Origin: Auanema rhodensis
Taxonomy: Eukaryota > Animalia > Nematoda
Assembly: GCA_964057225.1 (NCBI GenBank)
Contig: OZ059899.1
Span: 3,286,001 to 3,350,000, forward strand
Reading direction: 5' to 3'
DNA length: 64,000 nt
Part shown: piece after piece, positions 1-12,100 of the stretch
Layout of the letters: each line of letters opens with the position of its first letter
Numbering within the stretch: the first letter of the stretch is position 1
Program-made: the position numbers and the translations under genes
The notes under the pieces: model-generated
The model's input: the letters and a program-made list of their open reading frames with translations, nothing else
What the model was told of the DNA's origin: nothing
The model's database searches: none

Positions 1-43
1 TGTATTAAGCGTTTCTCAATGAAGTATAGTGCATTCGATGCGG

Positions 44-94
44 ATTTTTAAGCTGCGTCGATCTGTGTTTTCAGATTTGCGCTAGCTTAAAAAT
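44..94. other. Imperfect inverted repeat / potential 51-nt hairpin, present in each monomer
   Basis: ATTTTTAAGCT (44-54) is the exact reverse complement of AGCTTAAAAAT (84-94). GCG 55-57 pairs with CGC 80-82, ATCTG 61-65 pairs with CAGAT 72-76, and the loop is 66-71. Confidence 0.9.
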
Positions 95-235
95 GCACCG
101 AGATATCAACTGATATAAGTTCACACATATATACCCGATTTTCACCCTGAAGAATTAATTTTTTCGTTAAATAACCTTGTCCATCGTTTTTGTCTTAAAA
201 AATAGAATCTAAAAACATCTACTTTTTGCTAAATT

Positions 236-270
236 ATTTTGAAATTTTTCGAAAAAATTTTTGTCAAAAT
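236..270. other. A/T-tract palindrome, present in each monomer
   Basis: TTTTTCGAAAAA (245-256) is a perfect 12-bp palindrome, flanked by the inverted pair ATTTTGA (236-242) and TCAAAAT (264-270). Confidence 0.9.
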
Positions 271-283
271 GTTTTTGGAAGCA

Positions 284-311
284 ATGTTGAGTGTACATGG
301 AAACTCAACAT
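284..311. other. Perfect 9-bp inverted repeat with 10-nt spacer, present in each monomer
   Basis: ATGTTGAGT (284-292), spacer GTACATGGAA, ACTCAACAT (303-311). Confidence 0.92.
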
Positions 312-3300
312 ACACTAATGCATCATTTTTCAAACGATCATAACTAATTTTTGTATTAAGCGTTTCTCAATGTAGTATAGTGCATTCGATGCGGATTTTT
401 AAGCTGCGTCGATCTGTGTTATCAGATTTGCGCTAGCTTAAAAATGCACCGAGATATCAACTGATATAAGTTCACACTTATATCCTCGATTTTCACCCTG
501 AAGAATTAATTTTTTCGTTGAATAACATTGTCCATCGTCTTTGCCTTGAAAAATGGAATCTAAAAACACCTACTTTTTGCTAAATTATTTTGAAATTTTT
601 CGAAAAAATTTTTGTCAAAATGTTTTTGGAAGCAATGTTGAGTGTACATGGAAACTCAACATACACTAATGCATCATTTTTCAAACGATCATAACTAATT
701 TTTGTATTAAGCGTTTCTCAATGTAGTATAGTGCATTCGATGCGGATTTTCAAGCTGCGTCGATCTGTGTTATCAGATTTGCGCTAGCTTAAAAATGCAC
801 CGAGATATCAACTGATATAAGTTCACACATATATACCCGATTTTCACCCTGAAGAATTAATTTTTTCGTTAAATAACCTTGTCCATCGTTTTTGTCTTAA
901 AAAATAGAATCTAAAAACATCTACTTTTTGCTAAATTATTTTGAAATTTTTCGAAAAAATTTTTGTCAAAATGTTTTTGGAAGCAATGTTGAGTGTACAT
1001 GGAAACTCAACATATACTAATGCATCATTTTTCAAACGATCATAACTAATTTTTGTATCAAGTGTTTCTCAATGTAGTATAGTGCATTCGATGCGGATTT
1101 TTAAGCTGCGTCGATCTGTGTTATCAGATTTGCGCTAGCTTAAAAATGCACCGAGATATCAACTGATATAAGTTCACACTTATATCCTCGATTTTCACCC
1201 TGAAGAATTAATTTTTTCGTTGAATAACATTGTCTATCGTCTTTGCCTTGAGAAATGGAATCTACAAACATCTACTTTTTGCTAAATTATTTTGAATTTT
1301 TTCGAAAAAATTTTTGTCAAAATGTTTTTGGAAGCAATGTTGAGTGTACATGGAAACTCAACATACACTAATGCATCATTTTTCAAACGATCATAACTAA
1401 TTTTTGTATTAAGCGTTTCTCAATGTAGTATAGTGCATTCGATGCGGATTTTTAAGCTGCGTCGATCTGTGTTATCAGATTTGCGCTAGCTTAAAAATGC
1501 ACCGAGATATCAACTGATATAAGTTCACACATATATACCCGATTTTCACCCTGAAGAATTAATTTTTTCGTTAAATAACCTTGTCCATCGTTTTTGTCTT
1601 AAAAAATAGAATCTAAAAACTTCTACTTTTTGCTAAATTATTTTGAAATTTTTCGAAAAAATTTTTGTCAAAATGTTTTTGGAAGCAATGTTGAGTGTAC
1701 ATGGAAACTCAACATACACTAATGCATCATTTTTCAAACGATCATAACTAATTTTTGTATTAAGCGTTTCTCAATGTAGTATAGTGCATTCGATGCGGAT
1801 TTTTAAGCTGCGTCGATCTGTGTTATCAGATTTGCGCTAGCTTAAAAATGCACCGAGATATCAACTGATATAAGTTCACACTTATATCCTCGATTTTCAC
1901 CCTGAAGAATTAATTTTTTCGTTGAATAACATTGTCCATCGTCTTTGCCTTGAAAAATGGAATCTAAAAACACCTACTTTTTGCTAAATTATTTTGAAAT
2001 TTTTCGAAAAAATTTTTGTCAAAATGTTTTTGGAAGCAATGTTGAGTGTACATGGAAACTCAACATACACTAATGCATCATTTTTCAAACGATCATAACT
2101 AATTTTTGTATTAAGCGTTTCTCAATGTAGTATAGTGCATTCGATGCGGATTTTCAAGCTGCGTCGATCTGTGTTATCAGATTTGCGCTAGCTTAAAAAT
2201 GCACCGAGATATCAACTGATATAAGTTCACACATATATACCCGATTTTCACCCTGAAGAATTAATTTTTCCGTTAAATAACCTTGTCCATCGTCTTTGTC
2301 TTGAAAAATAGAATCTAAAAACATCTACTTTTTGCTAAATTATTTTGAAATTTTTCGAAAAAATTTTTGTCAAAATGTTTTTGGAAGCAATGTTGAGTGT
2401 ACATGGAAACTCAACATATACTAATGCATCATTTTTCAAACGATCATAACTAATTTTTGTATCAAGTGTTTCTCAATGTAGTATAGTGCATTCGATGCGG
2501 ATTTTTAAGCTGCGTCGATCTGTGTTATCAGATTTGCGCTAGCTTAAAAATGCACCGAGATATCAACTGATATAAGTTCACACTTATATCCTCGATTTTC
2601 ACCCTGAAGAATTAATTTTTTCGTTGAATAACATTGTCTATCGTCTTTGCCTTGAGAAATGGAATCTACAAACATCTACTTTTTGCTAAATTATTTTGAA
2701 TTTTTTCGAAAAAATTTTTGTCAAAATGTTTTTGGAAGCAATGTTGAGTGTACATGGAAACTCAACATACACTAATGCATCATTTTTCAAACGATCATAA
2801 CTAATTTTTGTATTAAGCGTTTCTCAATGTAGTATAGTGCATTCGATGCGGATTTTTAAGCTGCGTCGATCTGTGTTATCAGATTTGCGCTAGCTTAAAA
2901 ATGCACCGAGATATCAACTGATATAAGTTCACACTTATATCCTCGATTTTCACCCTGAAGAAATAATTTTTTCGTTGAATAACATTGTCCATCGTCTTTG
3001 CCTTGAAAAAAGGAATCTAAAAACATCTACTTTTTGCTAAATTATTTTGAAATTTTTCGAAAAAATTTTTGTCAAAATGTTTTTGGAAGCAATGTTGAGT
3101 GTACATGGAAACTCAACATACACTATTGCATCATTTTTCAAACGATCATAACTAATTTTTGTATTAAGCGTTTCTCAATGAAGTATAGTGCATTCGATGC
3201 GGATTTTTAAGCTGCGTCGATCTGTGTTTTCAGATTTGCGCTAGCTTAAAAATGCACCGAGATATCAACTGATATATGTTCACACTTATATCCTCGATTT

Positions 3301-3861
3301 TCACCCTGAAGAATTAATTTTTTCGTTGAATAACATTGTCCATCGTCTTTGCCTTGAAAAATGGAATCTAAAAACATCTACTTTTTGCTAAATTATTTTG
3401 AAATTTTTCGAAAAAATTTTTGTCAAAATGTTTTTGGAAGCAATGTTGAGTGTACATGGAAACTCAACATACACTAATGCATCATTTTTCAAACGATCAT
3501 AACTAATTTTTGTATTAAGCGTTTCTCAATGTAGTATAGTGCATTCGATGCGGATTTTTAAGCTGCGTCGATCTGTGTTATCAGATTTGCGCTAGCTTAA
3601 AAATGCACCGAGATATCAACTGATATAAGTTCACACTTATATCCTCGATTTTCACCCTGAAGAATTAATTTTTTCGTTGAATAACATTGTCCATCGTCTT
3701 TGCCTTGAAAAATGGAATCTAAAAACACCTACTTTTTGCTAAATTATTTTGAAATTTTTCGAAAAAATTTTTGTCAAAATGTTTTTGGAAGCAATGTTGA
3801 GTGTACATGGAAACTCAACATACACTAATGCATCATTTTTCAAACGATCATAACTAATTTT

Positions 3862-4206
3862 TGTATTAAGCGTTTCTCAATGTAGTATAGTGCATTCGAT
3901 GCGGATTTTTAAGCTGCGTCGATCTGTGTTATCAGGCTAGCTTAAAAATGCACCGAGATATCAACTGATATAAGTTCACACTTATATCCTCGATTTTCAC
4001 CCTGAAGAATTAATTTTTTCGTTAAATAACCTTGTCCATCGTCTTTGTCTTGAAAAATAGAATCTAAAAACATCTACTTTTTGCTAAATTATTTTGAAAT
4101 TTTTCGAAAAAATTTTTGTCAAAATGTTTTTGGAAGCAATGTTGAGTGTACATGGAAACTCAACATACACTAATGCATCATTTTTCAAACGATCATAACT
4201 AATTTT
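3862..4206. repeat. 345-bp deletion monomer (n12)
   Basis: ATCAG|GCTAG at 3931-3940 versus consensus ATCAGATTTGCGCTAG; ATTTGC (pos 75-80) is missing. Confidence 0.97.
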
Positions 4207-4557
4207 TGTATTAAGCGTTTCTCAATGAAGTATAGTGCATTCGATGCGGATTTTTAAGCTGCGTCGATCTGTGTTTTCAGATTTGCGCTAGCTTAAAAAT
4301 GCACCGAGATATCAACTGATATATGTTCACACTTATATCCTCGATTTTCACCCTGAAGAATTAATTTTTTCGTTGAATAACATTGTCCATCGTCTTTGCC
4401 TTGAAAAATGGAATCTAAAAACATCTACTTTTTGCTAAATTATTTTGAAATTTTTCGAAAAAATTTTTGTCAAAATGTTTTTGGAAGCAATGTTGAGTGT
4501 ACATGGAAACTCAACATACACTAATGCATCATTTTTCAAACGATCATAACTAATTTT

Positions 4558-4902
4558 TGTATTAAGCGTTTCTCAATGTAGTATAGTGCATTCGATGCGG
4601 ATTTTTAAGCTGCGTCGATCTGTGTTATCAGGCTAGCTTAAAAATGCACCGAGATATCAACTGATATAAGTTCACACTTATATCCTCGATTTTCACCCTG
4701 AAGAATTAATTTTTTCGTTAAATAACCTTGTCCATCGTCTTTGTCTTGAAAAATAGAATCTAAAAACATCTACTTTTTGCTAAATTATTTTGAAATTTTT
4801 CGAAAAAATTTTTGTCAAAATGTTTTTGGAAGCAATGTTGAGTGTACATGGAAACTCAACATATACTAATGCATCATTTTTCAAACGATCATAACTAATT
4901 TT
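4558..4902. repeat. 345-bp deletion monomer (n14)
   Basis: Same 6-bp deletion, junction at 4631/4632. Confidence 0.97.
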
Positions 4903-5604
4903 TGTATCAAGTGTTTCTCAATGTAGTATAGTGCATTCGATGCGGATTTTTAAGCTGCGTCGATCTGTGTTATCAGATTTGCGCTGGCTTAAAAATGCAC
5001 CGAGATATCAACTGATATAAGTTCACACATATATACCCGATTTTCACCCTGAAGAATTAATTTTTTCGTTAAATAACCTTGTCCATCGTTTTTGTCTTAA
5101 AAAATAGAATCTAAAAACATCTACTTTTTGCTAAATTATTTTGAAATTTTTCGAAAAAATTTTTGTCAAAATGTTTTTGGAAGCAATGTTGAGTGTACAT
5201 GGAAACTCAACATACACTAATGCATCATTTTTCAAACGATCATAACTAATTTTTGTATCAAGTGTTTCTCAATGTAGTATAGTGCATTCGATGCGGATTT
5301 TTAAGCTGCGTCGATCTGTGTTATCAGATTTGCGCTAGCTTAAAAATGCACCGAGATATCAACTGATATAAGTTTACACATATATACCCGATTTTCACCC
5401 TGAAGAATTAATTTTTTCGTTAAATAACCTTGTCCATCGTTTTTGTCTTAAAAAATAGAATCTAAAAACATCTACTTTTTGCTAAATTATTTTGAAATTT
5501 TTCGAAAAAATTTTTGTCAAAATGTTTTTGGAAGCAATGTTGAGTGTACATGGAAACTCAACATACACTAATGCATCATTTTTCAAACGATCATAACTAA
5601 TTTT

Positions 5605-8600
5605 TGTATTAAGCGTTTCTCAATGTAGTATAGTGCATTCGATGCGGATTTTCAAGCTGCGTCGATCTGTGTTATCAGATTTGCGCTAGCTTAAAAATGC
5701 ACCGAGATATCAACTGATATAAGTTCACACATATATACCCGATTTTCACCCTGAAGAATTAATTTTTTCGTTAAATAACCTTGTCCATCGTTTTTGTCTT
5801 AAAAAATAGAATCTAAAAACATCTACTTTTTGCTAAATTATTTTGAAATTTTTCGAAAAAATTTTTGTCAAAATGTTTTTGGAAGCAATGTTGAGTGTAC
5901 ATGGAAACTCAACATACACTAATGCATCATTTTTCAAACGATCATAACTAATTTTTGTATTAAGCGTTTCTCAATGTAGTATAGTGCATTCGATGCGGAT
6001 TTTCAAGCTGCGTCGATCTGTGTTATCAGATTTGCGCTAGCTTAAAAATGCACCGAGATATCAACTGATATAAGTTCACACATATATACCCGATTTTCAC
6101 CCTGAAGAATTAATTTTTTCGTTAAATAACCTTGTCCATCGTCTTTGTCTTGAAAAATAGAATCTTAAAACATCTACTTTTTGCTAAATTATTTTGAAAT
6201 TTTTCGAAAAAATTTTTGTCAAAATGTTTTTGGAAGCAATGTTGAGTGTACATGGAAACTCAACATATACTAATGCATCATTTTTCAAACGATCATAACT
6301 AATTTTTGTATCAAGTGTTTCTCAATGTAGTATAGTGCATTCGATGCGGATTTTTAAGCTGCGTCGATCTGTGTTATCAGATTTGCGCTAGCTTAAAAAT
6401 GCACCGAGATATCAACTGATATAAGTTCACACTTATATCCTCGATTTTCACCCTGAAGAATTAATTTTTTCGTTGAATAACATTGTCTATCGTCTTTGCC
6501 TTGAGAAATGGAATCTACAAACATCTACTTTTTGCTAAATTATTTTGAATTTTTTCGAAAAAATTTTTGTCAAAATGTTTTTGGAAGCAATGTTGAGTGT
6601 ACATGGAAACTCAACATACACTAATGCATCATTTTTCAAACGATCATAACTAATTTTTGTATTAAGCGTTTCTCAATGTAGTATAGTGCATTCGATGCGG
6701 ATTTTCAAGCTGCGTCGATCTGTGTTATCAGATTTGCGCTAGCTTAAAAATGCACCGAGATATCAACTGATATAAGTTCACACATATATACCCGATTTTC
6801 ACCCTGAAGAATTAATTTTTTCGTTAAATAACCTTGTCCATCGTTTTTGTCTTAAAAAATAGAATCTAAAAACATCTACTTTTTGCTAAATTATTTTGAA
6901 ATTTTTCGAAAAAATTTTTGTCAAAATGTTTTTGGAAGCAATGTTGAGTGTACATGGAAACTCAACATACACTAATGCATCATTTTTCAAACGATCATAA
7001 CTAATTTTTGTATTAAGCGTTTCTCAATGTAGTATAGTGCATTCGATGCGGATTTTCAAGCTGCGTCGATCTGTGTTATCAGATTTGCGCTAGCTTAAAA
7101 ATGCACCGAGATATCAACTGATATAAGTTCACACATATATACCCGATTTTCACCCTGAAGAATTAATTTTTTCGTTAAATAACCTTGTCCATCGTCTTTG
7201 TCTTGAAAAATAGAATCTTAAAACATCTACTTTTTGCTAAATTATTTTGAAATTTTTCGAAAAAATTTTTGTCAAAATGTTTTTGGAAGCAATGTTGAGT
7301 GTACATGGAAACTCAACATATACTAATGCATCATTTTTCAAACGATCATAACTAATTTTTGTATCAAGTGTTTCTCAATGTAGTATAGTGCATTCGATGC
7401 GGATTTTTAAGCTGCGTCGATCTGTGTTATCAGATTTGCGCTAGCTTAAAAATGCACCGAGATATCAACTGATATAAGTTCACACTTATATCCTCGATTT
7501 TCACCCTGAAGAATTAATTTTTTCGTTGAATAACATTGTCTATCGTCTTTGCCTTGAGAAATGGAATCTACAAACATCTACTTTTTGCTAAATTATTTTG
7601 AATTTTTTCGAAAAAATTTTTGTCAAAATGTTTTTGGAAGCAATGTTGAGTGTACATGGAAACTCAACATACACTAATGCATCATTTTTCAAACGATCAT
7701 AACTAATTTTTGTATTAAGCGTTTCTCAATGTAGTATAGTGCATTCGATGCGGATTTTTGAGCTGCGTCGATCTGTGTTATCAGATTTGCGCTAGCTTAA
7801 AAATGCACCGAGATATCATTTGATATAAGTTCACACTTATATCCTCGATTTTCACCCTGAAGAAATAATTTTTTCGTTGAATAACATTGTCCATCGTCTT
7901 TGCCTTGAAAAAAGGAATCTAAAAACATCTACTTTTTGCTAAATTATTTTGAATTTTTTCGAAAAAATTTTTGTCAAAATGTTTTTGGAAGCAATGTTGA
8001 GTGTACATGGAAACTCAACATACACTAATGCATCATTTTTCAAACGATCATAACTAATTTTTGTATTAAGCGTTTCTCAATGTAGTATAGTGCATTCGAT
8101 GCGGATTTTCAAGCTGCGTCGATCTGTGTTATCAGATTTGCGCTAGCTTAAAAATGCACCGAGATATCAACTGATATAAGTTCACACATATATACCCGAT
8201 TTTCACCCTGAAGAATTAATTTTTTCGTTAAATAACCTTGTCCATCGTTTTTGTCTTAAAAAATAGAATCTAAAAACATCTACTTTTTGCTAAATTATTT
8301 TGAAATTTTTCGAAAAAATTTTTGTCAAAATGTTTTTGGAAGCAATGTTGAGTGTACATGGAAACTCAACATACACTAATGCATCATTTTTCAAACGATC
8401 ATAACTAATTTTTGTATTAAGCGTTTCTCAATGTAGTATAGTGCATTCGATGCGGATTTTCAAGCTGCGTCGATCTGTGTTATCAGATTTGCGCTAGCTT
8501 AAAAATGCACCGAGATATCAACTGATATAAGTTCACACATATATACCCGATTTTCACCCTGAAGAATTAATTTTTTCGTTAAATAACCTTGTCCATCGTC

Positions 8601-9114
8601 TTTGTCTTGAAAAATAGAATCTTAAAACATCTACTTTTTGCTAAATTATTTTGAAATTTTTCGAAAAAATTTTTGTCAAAATGTTTTTGGAAGCAATGTT
8701 GAGTGTACATGGAAACTCAACATATACTAATGCATCATTTTTCAAACGATCATAACTAATTTTTGTATCAAGTGTTTCTCAATGTAGTATAGTGCATTCG
8801 ATGCGGATTTTTAAGCTGCGTCGATCTGTGTTATCAGATTTGCGCTAGCTTAAAAATGCACCGAGATATCAACTGATATAAGTTCACACTTATATCCTCG
8901 ATTTTCACCCTGAAGAATTAATTTTTTCGTTGAATAACATTGTCTATCGTCTTTGCCTTGAGAAATGGAATCTACAAACATCTACTTTTTGCTAAATTAT
9001 TTTGAATTTTTTCGAAAAAATTTTTGTCAAAATGTTTTTGGAAGCAATGTTGAGTGTACATGGAAACTCAACATACACTAATGCATCATTTTTCAAACGA
9101 TCATAACTAATTTT
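5605..9114. repeat. Local 3-mer higher-order repeat A1-A2-B2 (three copies, one B3 inserted)
   Basis: n17-19, n20-22 and n24-26 share the same subtype order; n23 (7711) is B3. Confidence 0.85.
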
Positions 9115-12100
9115 TGTATTAAGCGTTTCTCAATGTAGTATAGTGCATTCGATGCGGATTTTTAAGCTGCGTCGATCTGTGTTATCAGATTTGCGCTAGC
9201 TTAAAAATGCACCGAGATATCATTTGATATAAGTTCACACTTATATCCTCGATTTTCACCCTGAAGAAATAATTTTTTCGTTGAATAACATTGTCCATCG
9301 TCTTTGCCTTGAAAAAAGGAATCTAAAAACATCTACTTTTTGCTAAATTATTTTGAAATTTTTCGAAAAAATTTTTGTCAAAATGTTTTTGGAAGCAATG
9401 TTGAGTGTACATGGAAACTCAACATACACTAATGCATCATTTTTCAAACGATCATAACTAATTTTTGTATTAAGCGTTTCTCAATGAAGTATAGTGCATT
9501 CGATGCGGATTTTTAAGCTGCGTCGATCTGTGTTTTCAGATTTGCGCTAGCTTAAAAATGCACCGAGATATCAACTGATATATGTTCACACTTATATCCT
9601 CGATTTTCACCCTGAAGAATTAATTTTTTCGTTGAATAACATTGTCCATCGTCTTTGCCTTGAAAAATGGAATCTTAAAACATCTACTTTTTGCTAAATT
9701 ATTTTGAAATTTTTCGAAAAAATTTTTGTCAAAATGTTTTTGGAAGCAATGTTGAGTGTACATGGAAACTCAACATACACTAATGCATCATTTTTCAAAC
9801 GATCATAACTAATTTTTGTATCAAGTGTTTCTCAATGTAGTATAGTGCATTCAATGCGGATTTTTAAGCTGCGTCGATCTGTGTTATCAGATTTGCGCTA
9901 GCTTAAAAATGCACCGAGATATCAACTGATATAAGTTCACACTTATATCCTCGATTTTCACCCTGAAGAATTAATTTTTTCGTTGAATAACATTGTCCAT
10001 CGTCTTTGCCTTGAAAAATGGAATCTAAAAACATCTACTTTTTGCTAAATTATTTTGAAATTTTTCGAAAAAATTTTTGTCAAAATGTTTTTGGAAGCAA
10101 TGTTGAGTGTACATGGAAACTCAACATACACTAATGCATCATTTTTCAAACGATCATAACTAATTTTTGTATTAAGCGTTTCTCAATGTAGTATAGTGCA
10201 TTCGATGCGGATTTTCAAGCTGCGTCGATCTGTGTTATCAGATTTGCGCTAGCTTAAAAATGCACCGAGATATCAACTGATATAAGTTCACACATATATA
10301 CCCGATTTTCACCCTGAAGAATTAATTTTTTCGTTAAATAACCTTGTCCATCGTTTTTGTCTTAAAAAATAGAATCTAAAAACATCTACTTTTTGCTAAA
10401 TTATTTTGAAATTTTTCGAAAAAATTTTTGTCAAAATGTTTTTGGAAGCAATGTTGAGTGTACATGGAAACTCAACATACACTAATGCATCATTTTTCAA
10501 ACGATCATAACTAATTTTTGTATTAAGCGTTTCTCAATGTAGTATAGTGCATTCGATGCGGATTTTCAAGCTGCGTCGATCTGTGTTATCAGATTTGCGC
10601 TAGCTTAAAAATGCACCGAGATATCAACTGATATAAGTTCACACATATATACCCGATTTTCACCCTGAAGAATTAATTTTTTCGTTAAATAACCTTGTCC
10701 ATCGTCTTTGTCTTGAAAAATAGAATCTTAAAACATCTACTTTTTGCTAAATTATTTTGAAATTTTTCGAAAAAATTTTTGTCAAAATGTTTTTGGAAGC
10801 AATGTTGAGTGTACATGGAAACTCAACATATACTAATGCATCATTTTTCAAACGATCATAACTAATTTTTGTATCAAGTGTTTCTCAATGTAGTATAGTG
10901 CATTCGATGCGGATTTTTAAGTTGCGTCGATCTGTGTTATCAGATTTGCGCTAGCTTAAAAATGCACCGAGATATCAACTGATATAAGTTCACACTTATA
11001 TCCTCGATTTTCACCCTGAAGAATTAATTTTTTCGTTGAATAACATTGTCTATCGTCTTTGCCTTGAGAAATGGAATCTACAAACATCTACTTTTTGCTA
11101 AATTATTTTGAATTTTTTCGAAAAAATTTTTGTCAAAATGTTTTTGGAAGCAATGTTGAGTGTACATGGAAACTCAACATACACTAATGCATCATTTTTC
11201 AAACGATCATAACTAATTTTTGTATTAAGCGTTTCTCAATGAAGTATAGTGCATTCGATGCGGATTTTTAAGCTGCGTCGATCTGTGTTTTCAGATTTGC
11301 GCTAGCTTAAAAATGCACCGAGATATCAACTGATATATGTTCACACTTATATCCTCGATTTTCACCCTGAAGAATTAATTTTTTCGTTGAATAACATTGT
11401 CCATCGTCTTTGCCTTGAAAAATGGAATCTAAAAACATCTACTTTTTGCTAAATTATTTTGAAATTTTTCGAAAAAATTTTTGTCAAAATGTTTTTGGAA
11501 GCAATGTTGAGTGTACATGGAAACTCAACATACACTAATGCATCATTTTTCAAACGATCATAACTAATTTTTGTATTAAGCGTTTCTCAATGTAGTATAG
11601 TGCATTCGATGCGGATTTTCAAGCTGCGTCGATCTGTGTTATCAGATTTGCGCTAGCTTAAAAATGCACCGAGATATCAACTGATATAAGTTCACACATA
11701 TATACCCGATTTTCACCCTGAAGAATTAATTTTTTCGTTAAATAACCTTGTCCATCGTCTTTGTCTTGAAAAATAGAATCTTAAAACATCTACTTTTTGC
11801 TAAATTATTTTGAAATTTTTCGAAAAAATTTTTGTCAAAATGTTTTTGGAAGCAATGTTGAGTGTACATGGAAACTCAACATATACTAATGCATCATTTT
11901 TCAAACGATCATAACTAATTTTTGTATCAAGTGTTTCTCAATGTAGTATAGTGCATTCGATGCGGATTTTTAAGCTGCGTCGATCTGTGTTATCAGATTT
12001 GCGCTGGCTTAAAAATGCACCGAGATATCAACTGATATAAGTTCACACTTATATCCTCGATTTTCACCCTGAAGAATTAATTTTTTCGTTGAATAACATT

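Larger units (their letters stand above)
1..351. repeat. Reference monomer (arbitrary phase)
   Basis: Family A = 127A,133A,135C,169A,176C,193T,204A; family B = 127T,133C,135T,169G,176A,193C,204G. Subtypes: A1 (188T,197A), A2 (188C,197G, often 211T and 313T), B1 (plain or 218C), B2 (182T,199G), B3 (155A,203A), B4 (22A,70T,118T). Confidence 0.95.

Noticed and set aside
147-153. Hammerhead ribozyme core CUGANGA (CTGAAGA), as known from some animal satellites
   Set aside because: I could not find a stem II closing onto GAAA or a stem I partner for the upstream TTCACC. An Infernal search with Rfam hammerhead models would settle it.
162-178. CENP-B box-like TTTCGTTGAA
   Set aside because: It matches only TTCG and A of NTTCGNNNNANNCGGGN; the CGGG half is absent.
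284-330. Rho-independent terminator
   Set aside because: The stem is AT-rich, the T-tract is not adjacent, and there is no upstream gene.
1-351. Internal ~175-bp dimer structure
   Set aside because: No convincing similarity between halves by eye beyond generic A/T tracts.
1-351. Assignment to a named satellite of similar length (Drosophila 1.688 family, Tribolium 350-360 bp satellites)
   Set aside because: Only length and AT content are similar; I cannot verify sequence homology without a search.
1-351. Tandem 5S rRNA, tRNA, snRNA or spliced-leader gene repeat
   Set aside because: No recognisable conserved RNA gene sequence or cloverleaf on either strand.
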